A stretch of 36,923 nucleotides of DNA, taken from positions 1 through 36,923 of the forward strand of contig JBDRRP010000014.1 in NCBI GenBank assembly GCA_043825735.1, read 5' to 3'. Origin of the DNA: Pseudomonadota bacterium. GTDB taxonomy: Bacteria; Desulfobacterota; Desulfobacteria; Desulfobacterales; JBDRRP01. Both the position numbers and the translations under genes were made by a program. Position 1 is the stretch's first letter, and every line of letters starts with the position of its first letter. Of this stretch, positions 8,247 to 17,134 are shown one piece after another. A model generated the notes under the pieces. It had not been told where the DNA came from. It searched no databases and worked only from the letters and a program-made list of their open reading frames with translations.

Positions 8247-8525
8247 GACGCCGCCTTCCTTTTTCTGAAGGAAACACACGGATACTGTCAAACGGTAACT
8301 CCGCAGTGCGCCGCTGCGGTGCGTTATGGGGTTGATCCCTGTGCCGGTTGCCGCTAAAAGAGAAATAGTCTTTTACGGTCAATTGAACAGGTGCCGCGGA
8401 GGCCCTTTATTCGGCCTCGTCTTTCCCTGATGAACGCTCTGAGCACCCGGCCGCTGCAGTGTGATCGGACCCGGCGCAAAGAAATGGCTGCATCCTGTGC
8501 TCCCTCAGTCAAGAAAGGCGCAAAA

Positions 8526-9947
8526 ATGATTGTCCCGGTTATTCTGGCAGGCGGCTCCGGCACCCGATTGTGGCCGCTGTCGCGGTCGCTGCACCCCAAA
8601 CAGCTGCTCCGACTCGTTGACTCCCAGACCATGCTCCAGAACACACTGCTTCGCCTCAAGGACCTGCCGTCGGTCCACCCCCCCATTGTCATCTGCAACG
8701 AAACCCACCGTTTCATGGTGGCCGAACAGCTTCGGGAGATCGAGATGCCGGCGGCCATGATCATTCTCGAACCCGTAGGTCGCAACACGGCACCTGCTGC
8801 GGCCGTGGCCGCTCTGACGGCACTAACACTGCTCAAGGACCCGATGATGCTGGTGCTGCCGGCGGATCACCACATCGGAGACCTGCCGTTGTTCCGCAAG
8901 ACGCTTCTGGCCGGAGGTGCGTTGGCCCGCAAGCGGTATCTTGTTACCTTCGGTATCGCACCCACCGCGCCGGAAACCGGCTACGGTTACATCCAGAAAG
9001 GGGCCCCGATCAGCGATTATCTTGACGGGGCAAGCGGCCCTGAAGCCGCTGTCATCAGACGATTTGTTGAAAAACCAGACGTCGATACCGCCCGGCGCTA
9101 CGTGGCTTGCGGTGAATACCGCTGGAACAGTGGCATGTTCATGTTCACCGCCGACCGCTACCTGGAAGAATTGCAAAAATTCGCCCCGGCCATGGCGGCC
9201 GCCTGCCAGAGGGCTTTTGCTAACGGACGCATCGATCTCGATTTTTTCAGACTTGCCGCTCCGGACTTTGACGCCTGCCCGGCGGATTCCATCGACTACA
9301 GCGTCATGGAAAAAACCGACTCCGGGGCCATGATCACATTCACGGCAGGCTGGAATGACGTGGGTTCCTGGGAAGCCTTATGGCAGATCGGACACAAAAA
9401 TGCCGACCAAAACATCACTCGCGGTGACGTGTTGACCCATGATGTGCGCCACTCCTACCTCAACGCCACTTCTCGGCTGATTGCCGCCGTGGGCCTCAAC
9501 CACCACGTTGTGGTGGAGACTCCCGATGCGGTGATGATCGCGCCGCGCGACCGCGTGCAGGACGTTAAAGCACTGGTGGAAGCCCTGAAAAAGAACGATC
9601 GCCCTGAAACCAGCGCTCACCGTAAAACCTTTCGCCCCTGGGGGTGGACGGACCGACTCATCGACACACCCCATTACCGGGTCAACCACGTACGCATCCA
9701 CGCCGGCATGCGCATGTCTTTGCAAAAACATTTGAAGCGCGCCGAGCATTGGGTGGTCGTCAAGGGAACGGTCCGGGTCACCAACAACGGCGAGACAGTT
9801 GATCTGAAAGAAGACGAATCCACCTACATCCACAGCGGGACGGTTCACCGTCTGGAAAACCCGGGGCCAGCGGAGCTGGAGATGATCGAGGTGCAAACCG
9901 GCCGTGACATCGATGACGCCGACATCGTGCGGTTGGATGTTCCTTAA
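8526..9947 (+). CDS. manC: mannose-1-phosphate guanylyltransferase / mannose-6-phosphate isomerase
   Basis: PVILAGGSGTRLWPLSR..PKQ, EPVGRNTAPA, PETGYGYI, FVEKP, WNSGMF, SIDY, WNDVGSW. C-terminal cupin (RPWG, SLQKH, AEHWVVV, HRLEN, EVQTG). Confidence 0.95.
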   Translation: MIVPVILAGGSGTRLWPLSRSLHPKQLLRLVDSQTMLQNTLLRLKDLPSVHPPIVICNETHRFMVAEQLREIEMPAAMIILEPVGRNTAPAAAVAALTALTLLKDPMMLVLPADHHIGDLPLFRKTLLAGGALARKRYLVTFGIAPTAPETGYGYIQKGAPISDYLDGASGPEAAVIRRFVEKPDVDTARRYVACGEYRWNSGMFMFTADRYLEELQKFAPAMAAACQRAFANGRIDLDFFRLAAPDFDACPADSIDYSVMEKTDSGAMITFTAGWNDVGSWEALWQIGHKNADQNITRGDVLTHDVRHSYLNATSRLIAAVGLNHHVVVETPDAVMIAPRDRVQDVKALVEALKKNDRPETSAHRKTFRPWGWTDRLIDTPHYRVNHVRIHAGMRMSLQKHLKRAEHWVVVKGTVRVTNNGETVDLKEDESTYIHSGTVHRLENPGPAELEMIEVQTGRDIDDADIVRLDVP

Positions 9948-9952
9948 GCGAT

Positions 9953-10879
9953 CTATCCGGCCGCCTGCAGCCAGAAGGAAAACGTCAGCGCCGACATGAG
10001 CGTGCACACCGAGATGGCCCCCACGGCAAAATTTTCATCACCGCCGATTTCTCTGGCCATGACATAGGTGAGGGTCGCCGTGGGAGAGGCCAGCAGAATC
10101 AACGCCGGCAGATAGAGCGCCGGGGGCATCTCAAGGTAGCGAAAGATGCCGAACCCGATGCCGGGCAAAATGAGCAGTTTGACGACCGAGGCCGCTGCGA
10201 CACCGGACAGGGCCGTGCGCAGCTGCCCGAAATTGAGCGATGCGCCGATGAGCACTAGCGCCAGCGGCAGCGCCATGCTGCTGAGGATGCCCAGCGTGCG
10301 GGAGACCACCACGGGCAAAGTCAGCCCCGCCACGGAAAAACCGATGCCGGCCAGCGAGGATAGAATGACGGGGTTCATCGCGATGTGCAGAAAGGTCTTT
10401 TTGATCGACAGCCCGCGGCCTGAGCGGCGCGGGGCGTAAACCTGAAGGACCGTGACCGCCAGCAGGTTCTGCAAAATCATAATGAAGCCGGCCAGGATAC
10501 CGGCCTGGGCAAAACCCTTTTCCCCAAGGTAGTAATAAGCCACCGCCAGCCCGATATACCCCAGGTTGCCGTGGAAGCCGCACTGGACAAACGTGCCGAT
10601 CTGAAACCGTCTCAGGGGCAGGCGCAAAGCGCCAACCCATGTCAGTACAAAGGTCAGAAGAATGCTGGCAAGTGTCGCGACGAGAACGAGCGGATCGAAA
10701 CGCGCGCTGAAATCGGCCGTTGAGATGGCGCTGAAGATCATTGCCGGGATGGCCAGATGATAGACCAGCCGGTTGGCCGGTCCCAGAAAATCGGGCGGCA
10801 CGAGCCCCTTGCGGTGAACCAGCCAGCCCAAGAAAATGACGGAAAAAATGGGAACGATTGTGGAGAAGACGACTGTCAT
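9953..10879 (-). CDS. AEC (auxin efflux carrier/malate permease) family transporter
   Basis: About 10 TM segments, NRLVYHLAIPA, GNLGYIGL, NPVI, PLALVLIG, VKLLILP, SPTA. Start at ATG 10879. Confidence 0.9.
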   Translation of the reverse strand: MTVVFSTIVPIFSVIFLGWLVHRKGLVPPDFLGPANRLVYHLAIPAMIFSAISTADFSARFDPLVLVATLASILLTFVLTWVGALRLPLRRFQIGTFVQCGFHGNLGYIGLAVAYYYLGEKGFAQAGILAGFIMILQNLLAVTVLQVYAPRRSGRGLSIKKTFLHIAMNPVILSSLAGIGFSVAGLTLPVVVSRTLGILSSMALPLALVLIGASLNFGQLRTALSGVAAASVVKLLILPGIGFGIFRYLEMPPALYLPALILLASPTATLTYVMAREIGGDENFAVGAISVCTLMSALTFSFWLQAAG

Positions 10880-10996
10880 GGTCCCGGGTGTTCCTTCCAC
10901 AGTAAATGGTGCAGCTTGACACCGCGACGGCGAATCCCTATTTACTGAAATCGACGATCCGCCCCTCATACCACAAGGACAATAGACTGAAAACCG

Positions 10997-11230
10997 ATGG
11001 CCGCCACTGTTGAGTTAAAACTTTATGCCACATTGAGGCGCCCCCTGCCTGCTGACGGAAAAGCCGTACCCGTCACACCAGGAACCACGGTGGCCGGACT
11101 ATTGGCGGACCTGGGAATCGATCTTAGCACCGTCAAACTGGTGTTCATAGACGGGCGCAAAAAAAGTATCGATACCGCGCTGTACGGGGGAGAACGTGTC
11201 GGCGTATTTCCACCGGTGGGCGGTGGTTGA
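10997..11230 (+). CDS. MoaD/ThiS family ubiquitin-like sulfur carrier
   Basis: 77 aa, VELKLYATLR...GTTVAGLL..LGI...FPPVGGG with a C-terminal Gly-Gly. Confidence 0.9.
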   Translation: MAATVELKLYATLRRPLPADGKAVPVTPGTTVAGLLADLGIDLSTVKLVFIDGRKKSIDTALYGGERVGVFPPVGGG

Positions 11231-11280
11231 GCCAATGTCCTCGCGCCGCCATGGCGCCCATAAAAATCTTCGGTCACTCA

Positions 11281-12144
11281 ATGACAGACGACAATCGTAT
11301 GCAGGCCCTGCTCAGAGACCGCGCCAGGGACGCCGTGCGCCCCGACGGTCTGCCCTATCGTAGCCTTTCGAGTGACGCGGCGATATCAACGGCCCGGTCC
11401 GCTGGCGCAACCCTGCGGCAAGTAGAGATGGCGGCCCTCCGTGATGACATCATCCCAGAACGATACAGTCGCAACCGAGACGGCTTAACGCGCAGGGACC
11501 AGCTGCGCCTGCTGGAATCGACGGTGGCCATCGTGGGGCTTGGGGGGCTCGGCGGAACGGTGGCGGACATCCTCGCCCGCGCAGGAATCGGTCGACTGAT
11601 TCTCATCGACGGTGATCTATTCGAGGAAAGCAATCTCAACCGGCAGTTGAATTGCACGGTGGCCACCATCGACTCTGGCAAAGCCTGTGCGGCGGCCGAA
11701 CGGATTGCCGCCGTCAATCCGGGCACCGAGACGACGGTGCATTCGGCATTCATCACATCGGCCAACGCCGCCGCCCTCATTGCCGGTGCGGATGCCGTAG
11801 CGGACTGCCTGGATTCCCTGCCGGCAAGGTTTGTACTGGAGCAGGCGGCCCACACACTTAAAATCCCCATGGTGACGGCCGCGGTGGCCGGCGCCGCGGG
11901 GCAGGTTTCTTTGCTTCAGAAAGGCGGCCCCGGCTTGAGAACGATTTATGGGGATCCAGCCAACGCACCAGACAAAGGCGTGGAAACCGTCACGGGCAAC
12001 CTGCCCTTCACCGTGACAGCGGTTGCCGCCATTGAAGCTGCGGAAATCATTAAAACCCTTCTTGGACGCAGTTCCCTGGCAGGCCGCCTTCTGATCCTCG
12101 ATCTTGACGAGATGCTCTTCGACGTCATCGACCTGAGTCTGTAG
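11281..12144 (+). CDS. HesA/MoeB/ThiF family E1-like adenylyltransferase
   Basis: ERYSRN, VGLGGLGG, IDGDLFEESNLNRQ, K..AAAERI..VNP, DCLDS. Start uncertain (11227, 11251 or 11281). Confidence 0.9.
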   Translation: MTDDNRMQALLRDRARDAVRPDGLPYRSLSSDAAISTARSAGATLRQVEMAALRDDIIPERYSRNRDGLTRRDQLRLLESTVAIVGLGGLGGTVADILARAGIGRLILIDGDLFEESNLNRQLNCTVATIDSGKACAAAERIAAVNPGTETTVHSAFITSANAAALIAGADAVADCLDSLPARFVLEQAAHTLKIPMVTAAVAGAAGQVSLLQKGGPGLRTIYGDPANAPDKGVETVTGNLPFTVTAVAAIEAAEIIKTLLGRSSLAGRLLILDLDEMLFDVIDLSL

Positions 12145-12184
12145 AACCCCATTCAAAAATCAGTCGGATCGGATGTTTTTTTTA

Positions 12185-12955
12185 TCACCGCATGTTGACG
12201 GCGATGAGGGCGGCCCCGATGGCCCCGTTGACCTGGGCATGGGGTGAAACACTGATGGATCGGCCGCATTTGTCCGAAAGCGCCTTCACCACCCCGGCAT
12301 TTTTCGCCACCCCGCCGGTCATCATGATCGGCTCCCGCAGTCCCACCCGGTTCGCCATGGCCATCACCCGCGCGCCGATGGAGGCGTGAATGCCCGCGAT
12401 GATATTCTCCCGCGTCTCGCCCCGGGAGATAAGGGAAATGACTTCCGACTCGGCAAAAACCGTGCACAGACTGCTGATGACGGCCGGCTGTTCAGCTTTC
12501 AGGGAAAGGTCCCCGAAGTCGTCGAGATCCACCTCCAGGGCTCTGGCCATCACTTCCAGAAACCGTCCCGTGCCGGCGGCGCATTTGTCGTTCATGGCAA
12601 AATCGATGACGCGTCCGTCGGCATCGATGGCGATGGCCTTGCTGTCCTGGCCCCCGATGTCGATGACAAATCGCACATCCGGGTTAAGCAGGTGCGCTCC
12701 GGCCGCATGACAGGTGATTTCGGTGACCGCCTTGTCGGCGATGGTCACCGAATTGCGGCCGTAGCCGGTGGCCACGATCCGGGAAATGTCTGCCTTGGCG
12801 ATACCGCAGCCCGCGAGCAGGCTGTCAAGAACAGCCTCCCCGGCCCTGCTGGCGTTGTAGCCGGTGAGAATCACTTCGGTGGCCAGAATCCGGTCGTCCT
12901 GCACCAGTGCCGCCTTGGCGCTGATGGAGCCCACATCGATGCCTGCCGTTAACAT
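12185..12955 (-). CDS. ATP-dependent acyl-CoA dehydratase activase (HgdC/HadI/FldI-like)
   Basis: GIDVGS..K, TGYGR, EITCHA, DIGGQDSK, MNDKCAAGTGRFLE, CTVFAESEVISL, TGGVAKN, GAIGAA. Confidence 0.93.
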   Translation of the reverse strand: MLTAGIDVGSISAKAALVQDDRILATEVILTGYNASRAGEAVLDSLLAGCGIAKADISRIVATGYGRNSVTIADKAVTEITCHAAGAHLLNPDVRFVIDIGGQDSKAIAIDADGRVIDFAMNDKCAAGTGRFLEVMARALEVDLDDFGDLSLKAEQPAVISSLCTVFAESEVISLISRGETRENIIAGIHASIGARVMAMANRVGLREPIMMTGGVAKNAGVVKALSDKCGRSISVSPHAQVNGAIGAALIAVNMR

Positions 12956-12980
12956 AATCGTTTTACCCTTTCCTGATATA

Positions 12981-13084
12981 CGCTTATTCAGAAAGCGCCA
13001 GTTGATCTTTCCCCAACGCGATGTTGAACCAGTCACGGAGGACACCGGTCTTTGACGCAAACTGGAGCTTCATAGACCAGCGGA
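12981..13084 (-). mobile_element. element E: internally deleted, inverted copy of element C (MITE/REPIN-like)
   Basis: Reverse complement TCTATGAAGCTCCAGTTTGCGTCAAAGACCGGTG-TCCTCCGTGAC-TGGTTCAACATC...GGGGAAAGA..ACTGGCGCTTTCTGAATAAGCG aligns with both ends of 22334-22529. Repeat status is seen directly; mobility is inferred. Confidence 0.8.
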
Positions 13085-13117
13085 AAACAGTATCCGGTTC
13101 TCTATTCAATGGCGCCC

Positions 13118-13162
13118 ATTATGTCGCTTTGAGCTTCATGGTCAAACGCCAAACCGACCGTC
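13118..13162 (-). promoter_or_regulatory. candidate internal sigma70 promoter for the activase plus operator half-site
   Basis: TTGACC-N16-CATAAT on the minus strand (13145-13118). Adjacent 12-mer AAACCGACCGTC (13151-13162) is the exact reverse complement of 18952-18963 in the operon promoter. Confidence 0.45.
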
Positions 13163-14579
13163 ATCCCGGCTCCGGCATCTCGGACGCCCGGTCAACCGGC
13201 AGCAGCGGTTTGTATAAGAATATGGCGATAATGCCGGCCACGTACATGATCAGTCCGAACAGGCCCGAGGTGACGAACATGGAACTGTAGAAGTCGCCCA
13301 TGGCATCTTGCATCAGCAGTGCGATGGTCATGGCCAGGGCGCTGTTGCGCAGTCCGGTCTCCAGGGAAATCGCCCGCGTCTGATAGTTGCTGATGTTGAT
13401 CATTTTGGAAAACACAATGCCGAACATCATCCCCAGAAAGGTCAACGCAAAGACGGCGGTGTAAAACTTGAAGCCATAGCGGGCCGTATCCTTGAACACG
13501 TGGATATTGCTCAGGACCCCGGCGACAATCAGCGCCAGCAGGGCGATGATCCCCAGCGCTGAAAAAATGGGGGTGGCTTTGCCCGCGAACCGGGGCCATC
13601 TGCCCCTTACCGACATCCCGAGGATCAAAGGAATGATGACCAGGACCATGATCGTCTGGACCACGGTCTTCACGGGGATGTTCACTTCGGGCATATTGGC
13701 GCAATACAGGGCCAGCAGCAATGGCGTGAAGACAATTGAAAGAACCGTTGAAAAAGAAGTCAGTGAAATGGAAAGCGCCAGATCCCCCTTGGCATAATAG
13801 GTCATGAGGTTGGAGGTCACGCCACCCGGGATGGCAGTGATCAGAATCATACCGACAAAAATGAACGGGTATTGCTGATAAAATCCGAGCAGGTGCCCCA
13901 TGGCCATGGCCAGAAATGGCATGAAGCCGAATTGGAGAATTTCTCCGAGTATGATGCCGCGGGGTTTTGTGAACACCAGGGCAAAATCCTTGAAAGTGAG
14001 CGTCAGCCCCATGCCGACCATGACGAAGAACAGCATGAGGATGATGCTGGATTTAAAGATCCGGTCGAGGCTCGGTTGAACGGGCGGATCGATCAAACGG
14101 GCAAAATGGTAGTCGACCCCGTCGATGGTTTCCATGGCAAGACTGACATGGAAGACCAGTTTGTTTTCGAACTTCCCGTCGAGCCCGGCATACGGCGAGC
14201 CGGACCCTGCCACCAGGGATTCGGGCTCTTGGGGAAGACTCAGGATGTGAATGCTTCCGGTCAACGCACGCAGCAGATAGACCACATCTCGATCCAAGTT
14301 GTCGCCGCCGGGAGCGGCCCTGATGATCCGCAGATGACCGGAGAACGTCTTTTCCTCCGCACGGGACCAGTCCAGCAGACGGGCGGCGGTGTTTAGCTTT
14401 TCGAAAAAAGATCCATCGCCTTTTCCGGCAGCCACCTGTGACAGGCGCTCGTAGAGCGCGGCATCGGCGTCGACGGCGGCCCTCACCGTAGGCGCCGGAA
14501 AAAAACAAAGCCCCGCGGCAACAAAGACCACCGCCACGGCGCCCACCCATCGTTTGATCACCGATCTGCTTTCAGGCAT
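13161..14579 (-). CDS. bile acid:sodium symporter (BASS/SBF) family transporter with N-terminal signal peptide and extra soluble domain
   Basis: MVGMGLTL..DF, QFGFMP, PGGVTSNLMTYYAKGDLALSISLT, SLETGLRNSALA. About 170-aa N-terminal extension. Start at ATG 14579 (GAGGAAGGA SD). Confidence 0.88.
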   Translation of the reverse strand: MPESRSVIKRWVGAVAVVFVAAGLCFFPAPTVRAAVDADAALYERLSQVAAGKGDGSFFEKLNTAARLLDWSRAEEKTFSGHLRIIRAAPGGDNLDRDVVYLLRALTGSIHILSLPQEPESLVAGSGSPYAGLDGKFENKLVFHVSLAMETIDGVDYHFARLIDPPVQPSLDRIFKSSIILMLFFVMVGMGLTLTFKDFALVFTKPRGIILGEILQFGFMPFLAMAMGHLLGFYQQYPFIFVGMILITAIPGGVTSNLMTYYAKGDLALSISLTSFSTVLSIVFTPLLLALYCANMPEVNIPVKTVVQTIMVLVIIPLILGMSVRGRWPRFAGKATPIFSALGIIALLALIVAGVLSNIHVFKDTARYGFKFYTAVFALTFLGMMFGIVFSKMINISNYQTRAISLETGLRNSALAMTIALLMQDAMGDFYSSMFVTSGLFGLIMYVAGIIAIFLYKPLLPVDRASEMPEPG

Positions 14580-14678
14580 CCTGGTTCCTTCCTCGATTTT
14601 GTCCGAAAAATAAATGTTCCCGCTCATCAGTGCAGACAACTGTGATCTCTTATTCAGCGGCCATCTGCATCTCCGGCG

Positions 14679-15920
14679 TCAGGCCTTCAACATTTCCATG
14701 AAAGCATCGATGCGGGTCTCCACCTGACTTTCGGAAAAGCTGCGGGCGTCGGTCATGTTGGCCTCGATGATCAGCGTTGGCAGCGCGCGCTTTTTCTGGA
14801 CGATGCGAGCGATGTCGTACTGCCCCAGGGAATAGGGTTTACAGCTTCGATTGGAGTGCATGACCAGGCCGTGGACATCGTATTTGTCGATCATCTCCAG
14901 GACCATGGCAGCCATCTGGTCGGTGCCGATATTCAGATAGATCCGTGAGTAGCCTTCGGCCATGGAGCCGAGAAAATCATTCTCGTCCATGTATTTGAGC
15001 GAACCGCACCAGGCCGAGGTGTAGGTGTCTGCCACCAGGCAGGCGCTGTGGGCGGCGAATTTTTCCGACAGCCACTTGGTCCGGTACCAGATGGGCAAGT
15101 TGTCCCAGAGAAGACGGTATCGTTCGTCGGGCACGGCGCTGATGCCTTCTCTCACGCGGGTGTTCATCTCTTCCAGCAACTCGGTGTAGTAATCGACAAC
15201 CGTCTGGGTCCCCCGCAAGGTGACGATCAGGGCCAGATGGAAAAATGCGTCAAACGCGCTCATGGGGGCCGGTTTATTCATGGTGGTATCGAGCACCGCC
15301 TGCCAGCGCCGCTGACCTTCCATGGATAGCCGGCCCACCTCCTGCAGCCTGTCCTGGTCTAATTTGCGACCACAGTTCGTCTCTAGGAAAACGATGTATT
15401 CGTCAAGCTGCCGTCGGACATACCGCCGGGCCTCGACCGAAAAATCGGTGTGGCTCACCGGGGTGTCAAGGATAAACAACGGGACGTCGTAATAGCGCGC
15501 CTGGACCTCGTACCATTTGAGTACCGTGCCGCAGATGTTGTTACAGCAGACCAGCATGTCGGGTTTCGGCAGCCCTCCGATGGGACCGCCGTTGATCGTG
15601 GCGCAGGCGATGTCGGCCAGGGCGTAGGTGCACAGGTCGGCGGAGTAGCCCATGCCTTCTGCCTTCTCGCAGAGGTCAGCGCCCATTTTGGAGGCACCGA
15701 TCATGGCGCCGTGGTTTTCCGGATAGACCGGGATGATATCCATGGCGATGAGCGGTTCCACCGGGCCCCCGCTGGTGATCCATGCCACCTTTTTGCCGGT
15801 CTGGTCGGCGGTCTTGGCGTCGATGTAGTAAGTGGTCATGATATCTTTCATCTTCTTGACGCACTTGATCTTGCGGCGATCCTTCTCCGCCGTATCGACT
15901 GCTTTTATGGGTTCGTTCAC
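14679..15920 (-). CDS. 2-hydroxyacyl-CoA dehydratase family subunit, alpha-like (HadB/FldB/HgdA-like; BcrB/BzdO superfamily)
   Basis: WITS, YPENH, GYSADLCTYA, PDMLVCCNNIC..VLKWYE, HSNRSCK, TRIDAFMEM. GTG start 15920 with AAGGAG SD. Confidence 0.9.
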   Translation of the reverse strand: MNEPIKAVDTAEKDRRKIKCVKKMKDIMTTYYIDAKTADQTGKKVAWITSGGPVEPLIAMDIIPVYPENHGAMIGASKMGADLCEKAEGMGYSADLCTYALADIACATINGGPIGGLPKPDMLVCCNNICGTVLKWYEVQARYYDVPLFILDTPVSHTDFSVEARRYVRRQLDEYIVFLETNCGRKLDQDRLQEVGRLSMEGQRRWQAVLDTTMNKPAPMSAFDAFFHLALIVTLRGTQTVVDYYTELLEEMNTRVREGISAVPDERYRLLWDNLPIWYRTKWLSEKFAAHSACLVADTYTSAWCGSLKYMDENDFLGSMAEGYSRIYLNIGTDQMAAMVLEMIDKYDVHGLVMHSNRSCKPYSLGQYDIARIVQKKRALPTLIIEANMTDARSFSESQVETRIDAFMEMLKA

Positions 15921-15946
15921 TGGCCTCTCCTTACTGTTATGGCCTG

Positions 15947-17068
15947 TCACATCATTTCGATAAAGGCCTCGATCCGCGTGCGCAGTTGTCCGCCGGTGGC
16001 GCCCCCTTCTTCCAGTTCAAGCAGGAGGCTGGGAATGCCGGCACCCTCGAGCATCGCCTTGATGTAGGGGATGTCGAACCCGTGGGGATCACAGAATTTG
16101 AGCACCACGAATATGACCCCCCGTGCGCCGGTATCGTGCACACACTCAAGCAGCGCCTCGCCGCGGGTGCGATTGCCGGCATGCTTTGCCGGGCACACCA
16201 GGCGTTCGGCGTAGCGCAGGGCGATATTGGCGATGAGATCGCCCTCAGAATCGATAGTGCCCTCAAAACCGCGCACGCCGGTGCACAGATCATCCCACAC
16301 CACCCTGCCGCCGGCGGCTTCTACGACGCCGTAGAGATCGGGCAGGTTGCACACGCCGCCGCTGAGCACGACCGGGGCCAGGGCTTTGCCGGCAGCCGGG
16401 CGCGGCAGGGCGTCGATATCCGCCAACAGGGCTGTGAGGTCCTCTAAATACGCATCGCGCGCCATCACCATGCCCGCCTTGATCACCGCGTGCAGGTCAC
16501 TGCCGGGAAGGGCCGCCGGGTTGGTGAGACGCACCGCGTACAACCGGCGGACCGCCGAACGGATCTGGTTGAGCGTGTCGATGGCAGCCCTCAGACGCTC
16601 GTCCGTAAGGCGGACACCCAATGCCGTTTCCAACGTGCCGGCAAAGGCACGAAACACGTCCACCGTATACGCCCTTGAACTGTCGGTGTTGAGCTTGGCC
16701 GGCAGTACGACGTCGGCATGGAAGGCGACACCGGCGTTGAGCCGCCAGATGTCCGAAAGGCGCTGGATGGAATCGCAGGTGTGGGGAAAGACCGTGCCGT
16801 CGAGGAAATCAAGCCGCCCGCTCAGGACATCTTCCAGGGCGCTGCGAACGAGCGAACAGCTGTAGGCCTGCAGGTGGGCATCGGCCCGATCGATGGGTGC
16901 GCCGGATCCGAACAGCCGGATTCCCAATGCGCCCGCCGCAAGGATGATCTCCTCAGGGGCGTAGCTGCAGAAGGTCCCGATCACCGGCCGGCCGGTTTTC
17001 GCCTTCCATGACCGGGTGTAGGTGTAAGGGTCTGCCGCAATGGCCTTCAGCCGCGCGATAACCGTCAT
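15947..17068 (-). CDS. 2-hydroxyacyl-CoA dehydratase family subunit, beta-like (HadC/FldC/BcrC-like)
   Basis: SYAPEEIILAAG, YSCSLVRS, FPHTCDS, DDLCTG, KFCDPH, QLRTRIEAFIEM. Confidence 0.9.
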   Translation of the reverse strand: MTVIARLKAIAADPYTYTRSWKAKTGRPVIGTFCSYAPEEIILAAGALGIRLFGSGAPIDRADAHLQAYSCSLVRSALEDVLSGRLDFLDGTVFPHTCDSIQRLSDIWRLNAGVAFHADVVLPAKLNTDSSRAYTVDVFRAFAGTLETALGVRLTDERLRAAIDTLNQIRSAVRRLYAVRLTNPAALPGSDLHAVIKAGMVMARDAYLEDLTALLADIDALPRPAAGKALAPVVLSGGVCNLPDLYGVVEAAGGRVVWDDLCTGVRGFEGTIDSEGDLIANIALRYAERLVCPAKHAGNRTRGEALLECVHDTGARGVIFVVLKFCDPHGFDIPYIKAMLEGAGIPSLLLELEEGGATGGQLRTRIEAFIEMM

Positions 17069-17134
17069 AACAACATCCTTTCGTGGGGCGCTCCGGCAGC
17101 GGCCGTCCCCCCCCCCGTTGCAGTGGTGTGCGCC

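Noticed and set aside
7927..8382. 151-aa minus-strand ORF
   Set aside because: No SD, Arg-rich non-protein-like composition, and it overlaps hairpins and the 76-aa gene.
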